DNA from: Bdellovibrionota bacterium
GTDB lineage: Bacteria; Bdellovibrionota_C; UBA2361; OMII01
Length of the DNA stretch: 64,000 nucleotides
Direction: 5' to 3'
NCBI GenBank assembly: GCA_044337105.1
Contig: JBIIOE010000005.1
Location: 84 to 64,083, forward strand
Positions within the stretch are counted from its first letter, which is position 1; every line of letters starts with the position of its first letter. The position numbers and the translations under genes are program-made. Positions 1 through 9,466 of the stretch are shown one piece after another. The notes below the pieces were generated by a model. That model searched no databases. It was not told the DNA's origin and was given only the letters and a program-made list of their open reading frames with translations.

Positions 1-20
1 GATATTTTTGTTACGCGCTC

Positions 21-1001
21 TTAGTACTCGGTTTCGGGCGGATTTGAGGGCCCCGCCGCCGCTATAGTCCAGGCCGGGAACCACTCGATATCCTTAATTA
101 CGAACCCTAAATCGACGGTCAACCGCTTGTGCAGGTCTGCGAGATGCCCTGCCCCATAAAAGATAGCAAGGTGCCTCTTGCCTGCAGCGAGCTCTCGATT
201 CACAACCTCGATAACGGCCTGATTTCTATCGTGAATCAAGGCGAGCCCCTGATCCCCTTCCATAATTTTAAGAAAGGATTCGGACTCCAACATGCCTCTC
301 GCCATAAAACGCTTGATAGTCAGCTGCTCGGGAGGTGTTGGCCCCCGCATTAACATCAAAAGAGGATTGAGCCCTTTGAGCGAATCTGCAGTGCGCTCAA
401 TCTCTTTAGCCCTCCTCTGAAAGCTCGGATCCCTCGACACTGTCAGCATCCTCCACAGGAGATCCAAGAGACTCTCCCCCCTGGCGTTCATCGCCGCCTG
501 AAGCTGCGCCGGAGATAGATCGGCATGCACAAAGTTCGGAGCTTGGTAGTCGATGTACTCTAGCTGAAACGACAACCCCATCAGATCAGAGAGCCGCTTC
601 TGAAACCATCCCAGCCCTGAGCTGGCCGTCTTTGAGTTCAAATGTTTCAATCTTGCCGGATCGGCCACGAGCTCATACAGAACACTCTCGTACTCCTTGA
701 AGCGACGATTCAGATCCCGGTAATACGATTCGTCCCCAATGTGCACCGCTCCTATGTAATCGAGCCTGACACCTTTAGCGCTACCTTTTGCTCCCTCGTA
801 TCGAACCAAAGGAACCTGGAGCACCCCGGCAGTACCGTTCTCCAAGCCCTCTAACCTCATCATCTGAGGCGGCAGCTCGACTCTCGACACCTCCGGGCGA
901 GAGAGGTCCCGAACTGTGAGCACGATCGCAATCGTGAGCGCCACCCCGATGAAAGCGACCGTTTTCAACGACCGTCCAATTCCAAGCATGTTCATACCCA
1001 C
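21..1001 (-). CDS. TraB/GumN (TIKI-superfamily) membrane-anchored protein
   Basis: N-terminal TM; motifs IGAVHIG, YELV, ADLS, RNQAV and FYGAGHL match the TraB/PrgY/GumN metal-ligand pattern. Confidence 0.6.
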   Translation of the reverse strand: MGMNMLGIGRSLKTVAFIGVALTIAIVLTVRDLSRPEVSRVELPPQMMRLEGLENGTAGVLQVPLVRYEGAKGSAKGVRLDYIGAVHIGDESYYRDLNRRFKEYESVLYELVADPARLKHLNSKTASSGLGWFQKRLSDLMGLSFQLEYIDYQAPNFVHADLSPAQLQAAMNARGESLLDLLWRMLTVSRDPSFQRRAKEIERTADSLKGLNPLLMLMRGPTPPEQLTIKRFMARGMLESESFLKIMEGDQGLALIHDRNQAVIEVVNRELAAGKRHLAIFYGAGHLADLHKRLTVDLGFVIKDIEWFPAWTIAAAGPSNPPETEY

Positions 1002-1121
1002 GAAAGTTTAGCGACCTATTAAACCAGGGAAACACGGTGAGTCTGCAAGGAGAGCTCCTGAATCCACCCCTTCCAATCGCAACCCACTTGTGTGTTATAC
1101 AATAGTTCAGGAGAGACGCGC

Positions 1122-2486
1122 ATGATTATTCAGAAATTCGGCGGCACATCGATGGGTTCGAGCACCAGTATTCTTGAGCAGGTGTGCCCTATTATTCAGA
1201 AATCCCTCGCAGAACACTCTCTGCTGACAGTAGTGGTCAGCGCCATGAGCGGCGTAACCTCGTTGTTACTCGAGGCTGCGCATCGCGCCGCTACGAAACA
1301 GGTGGTCGATCTCGAAATCCTACGCACTATTCGTGAAAGACACCTCAGCGTTGCCACTGCACCAGCTATCACGAGCTCTGAACGCCAGAAATTCGAGACC
1401 ACCCTCGACACAGAGCTGCAGCGGCTCAGTAATCTACTATCCGCCATCGGAATCATACAGGACCTGCCAGTAAGGTCGCAGGATGCAATTATAGCCGTAG
1501 GAGAGACCCTCTCTGCACATCTGCTGGTCGCGGCCCTCAACTCTCTCGGCACTCGTGCGGAGTACGTGGACACTGCGCACATCATTTCTTCGGCCTTGCG
1601 TTACGAGTCAGACGAGTATTGGGACAAAGTCGAGACTATCTTCAGAGACACACTACAACAGGTAACTCATGGGCATGTGCCAGTAGTTCCTGGATATTTT
1701 GGAGACACTGCTCTCGGAATCATCGCCTCCGTTGGTAGAGGCTACTCGGATTACTCTGCAAGCTTGATCGGGAGCGCGCTTGGCGCATCCGAGGCGCAGA
1801 TCTGGACGGACGTGGACGGCGTTCTGTCAGCCAATCCGAAGGTCGTTCCCTCTGCCTTCATTTTAAAGCGCATCTCATACGACGAGATGGCAGAGCTGTC
1901 GCAGTTCGGAGCTAAGGTGCTCCATCCCTTTAGCGTCAGACCTGCGGTCAACTCGGGGATTCCGATGCGTATCCTGAACACCTTCAATCCAACCTGCCAA
2001 GGCACACTGATCGAAGTACAGCACTCCTCCTCCGAAAACCCCTTCAAATCAATCGCATACAAGAAGGCCATTACAGTCGTACGAATTACGACCCCGAGAA
2101 TGCTCATGTCTCACGGTTTTCTCGGGCAGATCGGAGAGATCCTTGCGCGACACCATGTCAGCATTGATCTCATCGCCACCTCTGAAGTGAGCATCTCCTT
2201 CACGATGGATGACGGCTCCAAGTACGCACCTGCTCTGCACGAAGACCTCTCTGCCTTGGGAGATGTGTCTGTGTCTGCGGGACAGGCGATAGTAAGTATC
2301 GTCGGTACGGAGATTGCAGGATGTGATGATCTTCTACCGCGCGTATTCACCTCTCTTCATCGCGCAGGGATCAAGGTAAACCTCATCTCTTTTGGAGATC
2401 TGAAAATTAACTTGAGCATCATCGTGGACGATCTCACCTGCGAGCAGGCTGTAAAAACGCTACACGACGAGTTTTTTCGGCGCTAA
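1122..2486 (+). CDS. lysC: Aspartate kinase (monofunctional, two ACT domains)
   Basis: QKFGGTS, VVVSAMSGVT, GRGYSDYSA, IWTDVDGV and ELSQFGAKVLHP motifs; ATG at 1122 follows AGGAGA. Confidence 0.95.
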   Translation: MIIQKFGGTSMGSSTSILEQVCPIIQKSLAEHSLLTVVVSAMSGVTSLLLEAAHRAATKQVVDLEILRTIRERHLSVATAPAITSSERQKFETTLDTELQRLSNLLSAIGIIQDLPVRSQDAIIAVGETLSAHLLVAALNSLGTRAEYVDTAHIISSALRYESDEYWDKVETIFRDTLQQVTHGHVPVVPGYFGDTALGIIASVGRGYSDYSASLIGSALGASEAQIWTDVDGVLSANPKVVPSAFILKRISYDEMAELSQFGAKVLHPFSVRPAVNSGIPMRILNTFNPTCQGTLIEVQHSSSENPFKSIAYKKAITVVRITTPRMLMSHGFLGQIGEILARHHVSIDLIATSEVSISFTMDDGSKYAPALHEDLSALGDVSVSAGQAIVSIVGTEIAGCDDLLPRVFTSLHRAGIKVNLISFGDLKINLSIIVDDLTCEQAVKTLHDEFFRR

Positions 2487-2592
2487 CTTTTGCTGGAGAA
2501 GCGAGGTACAGCGGGCTTCCCTCAAGCAGTCAGAACCACCTCGACATCTTGCTCAAGGAACGCGCGGAGCGAAAAGGCGGCGCCGCCCCTCT

Positions 2593-3711
2593 TTACAGAA
2601 GCTCAACATTTGCTCGTGGCACAGTAACGATGCGGCCATCGTCCAGACGCGCCGTCAGAACTCGCGACCACGCACCCGTTTCGATCCTTTGCGGATCGTG
2701 CGGCAGGTCCTCAACCGTCCCTGATTGACCGAAGAAAGGGACACGAATCAATCGCACCCTGGAGCCGACCTGCAGACCTGTTGCACCAGCCTCCTCGCGA
2801 ATGGACGAGCCAAATTGCACGTGAGCAGCTGAAATTATCTCGGGGCGCACAGCCCCTGCGCGCACCTGCGTCGCTCCGTTGAGCGATGCTCTCGCCCCAT
2901 TCATAGCTCGCAAGGTTTCCCACACACGTTGTCCCATCGGTAGCGGGCCGAATCCTTCGGTTACGATGAGAGTCATCGAAATATTCTCGTCACCCGTAAC
3001 AGCGACGCCGATGTCGCGACCGACATACTCTCGTAATGTGTGGTCGTCTATGGAACCGGTGACAAATCCTACCGCCCCGGCATCGCGCGCTTTCAAAACC
3101 GCTCCCAGAGTCGGGCTCCGACCTCCAATCAATATCGCTCCGGGAGCCTCTGCAGGAACATGAGACTCCGAAACTACCGCGAAAGGTTCGACATCGAGCA
3201 CCTGAACTGTGCCGATTCTTTCACCACCTACCCCGAAAATTCCCTGAACAAACGAAGCTTCGGACTCGAGTACTACCGCGCGCTCCCCTTCCACTTCAAC
3301 GACGAGCCCTTCAAGATATGCGGACAATTCGAGCTTCCGAGGAGCCGCCCGTATTCCGAGGTGACCCGTCGACTCTGTGACGAACTCAACGATTCCCGAG
3401 ATCGGTGCCGTGATGGTGCTCCTGAAGAGTCCCCACAAACCTCGTATCTCTGCGAGAAGCTCGCCTTCGCTTACGTATGTGCCAACAGCAACGCGCAGAG
3501 TCTTTTCTACCTCTTGCGGGGTAACGCACAACGTTTCTGCCACGCGAATCAAGCGCACCTCTCCTTCGAGGTAGGCCCGGGCTATTATCTGCTCTCTGGA
3601 TACCGCATCTCCCTTTTTGACAAGTATCTCTCCCGCGATCGGTAATTCGCGTCGCCTCCTCACTACGTGATGTGAGGACACTGTAAGACCGGGAGCAAAT
3701 ACGTGTGCCAT
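2593..3711 (-). CDS. Uncharacterised protein with repeated barrel-sandwich-hybrid (lipoyl/RnfC-N-like) motifs and a C-terminal KOW/SH3-like module
   Basis: LVKKGDAVSREQIIA, VAVGTYVSEGELLAE..ITAPISGIVE and LQVGSRVRLIRVPFFGQSGTV; starts 4 nt after the stop of the GlmL-like gene. Confidence 0.75.
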   Translation of the reverse strand: MAHVFAPGLTVSSHHVVRRRRELPIAGEILVKKGDAVSREQIIARAYLEGEVRLIRVAETLCVTPQEVEKTLRVAVGTYVSEGELLAEIRGLWGLFRSTITAPISGIVEFVTESTGHLGIRAAPRKLELSAYLEGLVVEVEGERAVVLESEASFVQGIFGVGGERIGTVQVLDVEPFAVVSESHVPAEAPGAILIGGRSPTLGAVLKARDAGAVGFVTGSIDDHTLREYVGRDIGVAVTGDENISMTLIVTEGFGPLPMGQRVWETLRAMNGARASLNGATQVRAGAVRPEIISAAHVQFGSSIREEAGATGLQVGSRVRLIRVPFFGQSGTVEDLPHDPQRIETGAWSRVLTARLDDGRIVTVPRANVELL

Positions 3712-3715
3712 ACGT

Positions 3716-5530
3716 TTACGAGATCAGTTCGAGGTTACGATATACTTGGCTTTGAGCGTGCGCCGTATCTGCCGGCATCACTATGGGCCTGTTCCGACCG
3801 TCACAGAGAATTCCACACTCTCCGAGTTCAACACGCCGCTCTATTACTTCTCCAACACCCGCGCCAACATTCACCGAGCGCTTCAGCGGCACAACTCTAA
3901 TTGTAGCCTTTCCACGTGCAGGAGTAGGAATGCGCACGACCTCGTGGGCGCGAACCTCGCCAACTCGATGGGAATCAAGAAAGACCTCGGCCAGTACGGA
4001 TGATTGGGGTAGCTTGGACGAATACACCGGGACTACCACACAGCCGAGATGAACGAGACAGTCATTCTCGAATATCTCCTGCGCTGCAACGGGATGAACA
4101 GACCCGAGCACACCCAGATGCGGCATCATGAAGATAGAGTCCACAGAGAGCTGAGTGACACCTTCGAGACCAAAGCCTTCGAGCATCATGAGCGCAGCTT
4201 GCATACGAACAGGGGCGTGACTCAGAACTCCTCCCGAACCTATCACGACGTCGAGCTTCATCAGATCGACCAATTCGTATCTCTCGGATGACTGCCGGAA
4301 TACGTCCGCTATTCCTTTATCCTTCGGAGCCTCGAGCCCCACCGCCAAAGAGCGATGGTGCTTGAGCGATAGGCGGAGCGCCTCACGGCACACAGCTTGT
4401 TCCACGAAGAGGTCTTCGACCGTTTGCGGAATAGAAGTTGGACGAATCATCTTGTTGAGCAGCCGATCGCGCAACTCCGAGTCTTCAATCTCGAATGGCA
4501 GCCATCTTTTAATCGATTCAGTGCCTGCTTCGAGCAAAACGTTTGCAACTGAATAGGACATACCAAGATTGGCACTCACCGTCCGATTGAAAGTCGGAAC
4601 CCCTGCCTTGTTTCGAAAAACAGAGAAAACATCGGTCGTGGCGCCGCCTATATCAACACACAAGACATTGTAACCACTCGTGGCACTATAGCGCTCGACT
4701 ATCTCTCCAACCGCAGCCGGCGTCGGCATGATCGGAACAGGACTCCACGACATGAGCCTTCCGTACCCTGGTGAATGACTCATAACATGAGAGAGGAAAA
4801 ACTCGTGAATGGCCCCTCGAGCAGGTCCTAAGTTCTCGCGCTCAATCGTGGGTCGAACATTTGGCACTACCACTAACTGCGCAAATCGCGAGAGAATACT
4901 TTGCACCTCGGCCGCGGCGTCAGCATTACCCGCATAGATCACCGGAAGCTTCAACGTATCTCCGAATCGAGGACGCGGCGCGGCAGCTACAAGTATCTCG
5001 GCCATCTCGACAACGTGCTGCGTAGATCCCCCATCTACCCCGCCGGTCAACAGGACGATATCCGGCTTTATGTGTCGAATTCGCTCAATCCGCTCATAGT
5101 CTTCGCGCGCATCGTCGGCCGAAACCGCATCCATAACGATCGCTCCAGCGCCGAGTGCTGCCCTCTCCGCCGATTCGGTCGTGATGTTTCCCACAACTCC
5201 GGCTACCAGCATCTGCAATCCGCCTCCTGCCGAGCTGGTCGAAAGATAAAGGTCTATCCCAGTCGCAGGATCGCTGCCAGTTAACAGGAACGGACTCTCT
5301 CCGGGTGATAGAATCGAGCGGGCGCTCAGTTCCTGGACCTCAGCAAACGCATTGAGCGCTCCTACTGTGACATCCGCAACTGGTTCCTCGACGGTCGTCG
5401 GCGCCTCACCGCGGAACGTTTGACGCCAGCGATCCGGACCTCGCTCGAAGAGTAGCGCCTTGGTCGTAGTAGACCCGCAGTCCGTTACCAGAACAGTCTT
5501 CAGCTCCTCTATTCTCGTTTTCATCGTCAT
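3716..5530 (-). CDS. GlmL/MutL-like (glutamate mutase L family) ASKHA-fold ATPase with C-terminal extension
   Basis: Actin-like motifs DCGSTTTK, DIGGATTD and GSGGVLSH, plus SSAGGGLQM, RTVSANLGMSYS; ATG at 5530 overlaps upstream TGA (ATGA), so the 5647 start is an over-extension. Confidence 0.88.
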   Translation of the reverse strand: MTMKTRIEELKTVLVTDCGSTTTKALLFERGPDRWRQTFRGEAPTTVEEPVADVTVGALNAFAEVQELSARSILSPGESPFLLTGSDPATGIDLYLSTSSAGGGLQMLVAGVVGNITTESAERAALGAGAIVMDAVSADDAREDYERIERIRHIKPDIVLLTGGVDGGSTQHVVEMAEILVAAAPRPRFGDTLKLPVIYAGNADAAAEVQSILSRFAQLVVVPNVRPTIERENLGPARGAIHEFFLSHVMSHSPGYGRLMSWSPVPIMPTPAAVGEIVERYSATSGYNVLCVDIGGATTDVFSVFRNKAGVPTFNRTVSANLGMSYSVANVLLEAGTESIKRWLPFEIEDSELRDRLLNKMIRPTSIPQTVEDLFVEQAVCREALRLSLKHHRSLAVGLEAPKDKGIADVFRQSSERYELVDLMKLDVVIGSGGVLSHAPVRMQAALMMLEGFGLEGVTQLSVDSIFMMPHLGVLGSVHPVAAQEIFENDCLVHLGCVVVPVYSSKLPQSSVLAEVFLDSHRVGEVRAHEVVRIPTPARGKATIRVVPLKRSVNVGAGVGEVIERRVELGECGILCDGRNRPIVMPADTAHAQSQVYRNLELIS

Positions 5531-6243
5531 CCGTACCCCACCAGTTGGAGAATCGCGGAAAGCCAATCCCGTACGATGAACTGAACACGCTCGACCAGAA
5601 GAGACAAACGAGCCATGACCGTCGAACCAAAGAAGGCGCCGAAACAAACCATAAGGAGCGGCCTACCCAGCGGCGCTATCTTGCCTTGAATCGAGCCCTC
5701 TTTACCAAAGGTGAAGAAGAAATAATTGAATACAAGTAGCAAGGTCGCTACGAAAAGCGCGTTGTTGAAGCTCGCCATCGCTGAGAACTCACCCTCTACA
5801 TACACGATGAGGGGCTTGAAGCTACCGACTATCTGCGGCAGCGCCTCTGCAAAAAAACCTCGGATTGCCAAAGCTCCGGACAAGCCGAGCGAAAAACCTA
5901 TTACAAGGCGCGCCAGCCATGCATGACGCTTGGAATATATGAAGTAGTAGAGTGAGCCAAATGCCATCGGTAGGAGATACAGAAGGAAGAGAGGTTGATA
6001 CAGCTCCGATACGGTACCATCCGGATAAACTACACTGTTCGAACCAAGCATTGGCTCAATAACCTTGGGCCACAAGAAGTCACGAACCGTCAGCACCGGC
6101 AACACAGCGGCTGCCAGACCTATGAAGATGTGCTCGAAGAGGCGATAGAAGGCATTCTCGCGAATGAGGAAGCTGAAGATAGCCAGTGTCGCTACTCCTC
6201 CCAGAAGCACTGAAGACGTCGACCACAAAGAAGCATCAACCAT
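5527..6243 (-). CDS. Polytopic membrane protein, unknown function
   Basis: About 6-7 hydrophobic segments; coupled to both neighbours (GATGGTTGA and ATGA junctions). Confidence 0.8.
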   Translation of the reverse strand: MVDASLWSTSSVLLGGVATLAIFSFLIRENAFYRLFEHIFIGLAAAVLPVLTVRDFLWPKVIEPMLGSNSVVYPDGTVSELYQPLFLLYLLPMAFGSLYYFIYSKRHAWLARLVIGFSLGLSGALAIRGFFAEALPQIVGSFKPLIVYVEGEFSAMASFNNALFVATLLLVFNYFFFTFGKEGSIQGKIAPLGRPLLMVCFGAFFGSTVMARLSLLVERVQFIVRDWLSAILQLVGYG

Positions 6244-7096
6244 CGCCTTGGCTCCTAGCTCGAACAAACCCGACTATGTTTCCCGCTACGATAAGCAGTA
6301 TCAACACTACATGCGCGATGATGAGAGCGGTATTCCGCACCAGAAGGTCCTCATTCGGGCTCTGCGGGTTGTGCTGCTTCAATACCTCCGAGTACCACGC
6401 AGCTCCAGCTACCCCCTCGAGCAATCCATGAAGCTGCTTGGAATCGAGAAAGATGTACGCCTCTGGAATTGTGATAGAGGTGCATCCATGGACAATCGTT
6501 GGACGATACCCACTCTTCTGGAAGAATTGAATAATCGTGTCGAATACCCCAACCAGTCCAGTAATCTCAGCCACGAGCTTCACCTGCTCAATACCGCCGA
6601 TCGACGCGAAGGCGGGATAGTGCGTGAACGGCATCCCGTTGACGTCTCTTCCAAAATACTTCGAAAGGTCCTTTGCAGCGGCCAGATTCTGCATCATCTG
6701 CGCGCCACCGGGCTGGTATCCTGCGTTGATCCAAGCCTCTCCATAACGCCACGACTGAGCAGGCATCTCCTTCTCGAGGCGAGCAGCTACCTCACGCGGT
6801 ATAGAGTTCAAAACAGCTTCTGCCAATTGGTACTGCGAGAGCACCACCACAGGTATGCGACGACGGAATAGGTGCTCGATGACGACCTCGGCCTGCGGCT
6901 TATTTTCCGCGATCGTCCCGGGTCCAAAGTCCATCCAAAGCAACGCTACCTCTCCCTGCTTTATCTGAACTTGCTCGACTACTTCATACATCCGCTCAGC
7001 GGACACCAGACGCGACGGGGGCCACGAGAATTCGAAGATGACCGGGATGGATACCGCGACTATCATCACCAAGTATATCAAGCGTCTCTCAATCAT
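6236..7096 (-). CDS. Membrane protein with N- and C-terminal anchors and a large soluble alpha/beta domain
   Basis: TM at both ends; central domain DFGPGTIAE..GYQPGG..HGCTSITIP; ATGA overlap with upstream gene. Confidence 0.8.
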   Translation of the reverse strand: MIERRLIYLVMIVAVSIPVIFEFSWPPSRLVSAERMYEVVEQVQIKQGEVALLWMDFGPGTIAENKPQAEVVIEHLFRRRIPVVVLSQYQLAEAVLNSIPREVAARLEKEMPAQSWRYGEAWINAGYQPGGAQMMQNLAAAKDLSKYFGRDVNGMPFTHYPAFASIGGIEQVKLVAEITGLVGVFDTIIQFFQKSGYRPTIVHGCTSITIPEAYIFLDSKQLHGLLEGVAGAAWYSEVLKQHNPQSPNEDLLVRNTALIIAHVVLILLIVAGNIVGFVRARSQGDG

Positions 7097-8196
7097 TTTC
7101 TGTCGCCAGCTCCGAAGGATTTCGACTCAATGGAGAGCCACATGCGAATGGCAAGCATGAGGCCGGCGACACCGGCACCGAGCCGAATGGCCCTAAATGC
7201 CGCGCTGTTTGGCACTTCCAGCAACCACTGTCGTACCTGGGGGAGAGTCTTGTAGGCATCTTCACCGAATGTGCCGAGATTGAGCATCAGAAAGACAGCG
7301 GATATCTGGCCTAACATCACGACGACTGCCGCGCTCATCATCAACGCAGATTCAAAGGTTCGAACCCGGAAGGCCCGGTATGCTGCTGCGGCGATGTAAA
7401 CCCCCAAGAGTGAGAACATCGCCGCCCCAAGCTGTACGAAGAGGCCGTTGTACATCACATCGTACAAGCGAGAAAAAACGGTCAGCGACTGGTCTGATTG
7501 CCGTAGCGCCGAGTACGCCCCACCGAGCCGGTTTGCCCCATCGACGAACTCCTTCAAGACAACTTGATTGCTCTCTGTCAGAGATGCAAAGTCTGCTGAT
7601 TGCACCTTCTGCAGGGGTACTGCGAGCGCCTCTGCGGCGCTACGCAATTCGGCTGCCAAGACCTTGCGAGCTTCGTCCGAGGAATCCGCGGCCGAATGAT
7701 GGGAACTCTCTGGGGGCGCAGTCAGCGCAGCCAGCTTTGCCTCGCTATATCGGACGAGCGCCGAAATGCGCTCTGCAAGTGGCGGAACCGCCGATCGCCG
7801 GTCCGCATCCCGCTCGTCGTCTGTTATTCTGGTAGCAAACTCCCCGATGAGCTGCACCTCTCGAATGTCATACGAGGTTGTCAGTCCATTCATCCACTGA
7901 CCACACGTGACCACGAGCATGGACACAAGCGCGACAAGGAGAGCGAGGCTGTTACCCCAACCCGATCGCTTGAACACAACCTTACCACCGTGCCCTATGA
8001 TGAGATTGATCAACCCTAATCCGATCGCCATCGCTCCGACGACGATAAAACCATTGGTGATCGACTCATGACGCTCGCTGACACCAAGGCCCGCGAGTAG
8101 CGACTCCGGAAGGAGAAAATGCAAGAAGAAGTAGACTCCTCCGAGGAGCGTGACGATACGAATAAGAGTAGCGCGTCGATCTATCAAACTGGTCAT
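7093..8196 (-). CDS. Polytopic membrane protein with a helical soluble insertion
   Basis: 3 N-terminal TMs, a helical insert, and C-terminal TMs with FSLLGVYIAAAAYRAFRVR; GGAGG upstream of ATG 8196. Confidence 0.8.
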   Translation of the reverse strand: MTSLIDRRATLIRIVTLLGGVYFFLHFLLPESLLAGLGVSERHESITNGFIVVGAMAIGLGLINLIIGHGGKVVFKRSGWGNSLALLVALVSMLVVTCGQWMNGLTTSYDIREVQLIGEFATRITDDERDADRRSAVPPLAERISALVRYSEAKLAALTAPPESSHHSAADSSDEARKVLAAELRSAAEALAVPLQKVQSADFASLTESNQVVLKEFVDGANRLGGAYSALRQSDQSLTVFSRLYDVMYNGLFVQLGAAMFSLLGVYIAAAAYRAFRVRTFESALMMSAAVVVMLGQISAVFLMLNLGTFGEDAYKTLPQVRQWLLEVPNSAAFRAIRLGAGVAGLMLAIRMWLSIESKSFGAGDRK

Positions 8197-8207
8197 CGGT
8201 CTGGTGC

Positions 8208-9074
8208 CTACCTCCACACACTACTATCAACGAGCGACTCGAATCGCACGAGGGATTCCAGCCACCCTCTCCACACCGTCCAGTCGGCGACCAAGAGGTG
8301 ATGAGGCATCCATTCCCGAAAAACAGGATGGAACTGCGCCGCTGTGGCGCACACCACTCCCAGAACAACGAAGACCCCAAACAGGAGCTTTACGCGGTCC
8401 TGAGCGGCCAGCGCCGCAACCTGGATGGGCTCTCTGCTCATGTACGCCGATGCACCGAAAAGCTCCTCTCCGATCAGTGTGTAGTCACAGGTGCATATGA
8501 AGAAAGCAACCTGCTCGGGACTGACACTCGCTGCAACCTGACGCGCACCAACCTGTTGACCAGCCTCGGCCAAGACGAGAGCCTCAGCCGCGAACACACC
8601 AAACATGAAGGCAGCGCCCGCTTGCTCTCGGTGAACGAGCCCCATGTAACCCGAGGCGAAAGCAAACTGCTCGCTGGAGAGGAACACGATACTTTTCGGA
8701 TCGAATGTATTGGCTCGCCCGGCAGCTCTGTAGGCCTCGCGCACAGTATCTTCCACGATCGCCATCGCTTCTGGGGAGTACTGAGGAACGAGTAATTTCA
8801 ATTTATACTGTGCAGTCCGCTTCGCTATCGAGTGAAGGACTCCGAGACAAGCGAAGAGCACCGGCCCCACATCGGTCAAAGCCGTCGTAAACACCACGGG
8901 CCTGCCCAACTCAGCGCATCGCCCGACCGCGCTCTCGATCGCATCGACCCCAGGAATGCGACGGATGAAGTGCCGATGACCGCTGTTTGCGCGCGCCAAC
9001 TGGCGAAAGAGCATCCATCCCGCAAAAGCGAGCAGTGCTAGTACACCGGGAGTTGCATGTTCGAGACCACCCAT
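8208..9074 (-). CDS. DUF6754-type membrane protein
   Basis: FIRRIPGVDAIESAVGRCAELGRP and CDYTLIGEELFGASAY match my recollection of DUF6754; TMs at both ends. Confidence 0.7.
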   Translation of the reverse strand: MGGLEHATPGVLALLAFAGWMLFRQLARANSGHRHFIRRIPGVDAIESAVGRCAELGRPVVFTTALTDVGPVLFACLGVLHSIAKRTAQYKLKLLVPQYSPEAMAIVEDTVREAYRAAGRANTFDPKSIVFLSSEQFAFASGYMGLVHREQAGAAFMFGVFAAEALVLAEAGQQVGARQVAASVSPEQVAFFICTCDYTLIGEELFGASAYMSREPIQVAALAAQDRVKLLFGVFVVLGVVCATAAQFHPVFREWMPHHLLVADWTVWRGWLESLVRFESLVDSSVWR

Positions 9075-9076
9075 GA

Positions 9077-9421
9077 CTACGCTTCTGTCCCCTTTGCATC
9101 TTCCAGTCGGCGAATTAAGAGCTCCACGTTATCGCTCGACGAAAGGACTCGCTCTAGCGCTGGAGCAAAAGCCGAACTAAAGAGCATGCGCATGAGAGGC
9201 TCCCCAACCTTGTAGATCTCCCGCGCGCATCCGACCAGAGGCTTACTCATCTCCAAAACGAAGATGGCTGGCTCGACAAGTTTTCTCGCTCGAATGGCTC
9301 GAACGAGACATTCGAGATCGGCATCGGCTTCTCCACGCATATCTCGAACGTATTCGAAAACGTCACGTTGGGAAAGGATCTGTTGGGGTAGAGAGCAAAA
9401 AGCTCCCCCTTGTGAAAACAA
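9077..9421 (-). CDS. Small hypothetical helical protein
   Basis: Co-oriented; ends 2 nt before the DUF6754 gene start; protein-like composition. Confidence 0.6.
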   Translation of the reverse strand: MFSQGGAFCSLPQQILSQRDVFEYVRDMRGEADADLECLVRAIRARKLVEPAIFVLEMSKPLVGCAREIYKVGEPLMRMLFSSAFAPALERVLSSSDNVELLIRRLEDAKGTEA

Positions 9422-9466
9422 GGCAACCCCCTTCCCTGCTGCTAAAGCGGATCTTGGGCTGCTTCT

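Noticed and set aside
1002-1121. Lysine riboswitch upstream of lysC
   Set aside because: Only 120 bp shared with a divergent gene; too short and no recognisable motif
5531-5647. Longer start for the GlmL-like gene
   Set aside because: Overlaps the upstream membrane gene; the ATGA junction at 5527-5530 gives the natural start
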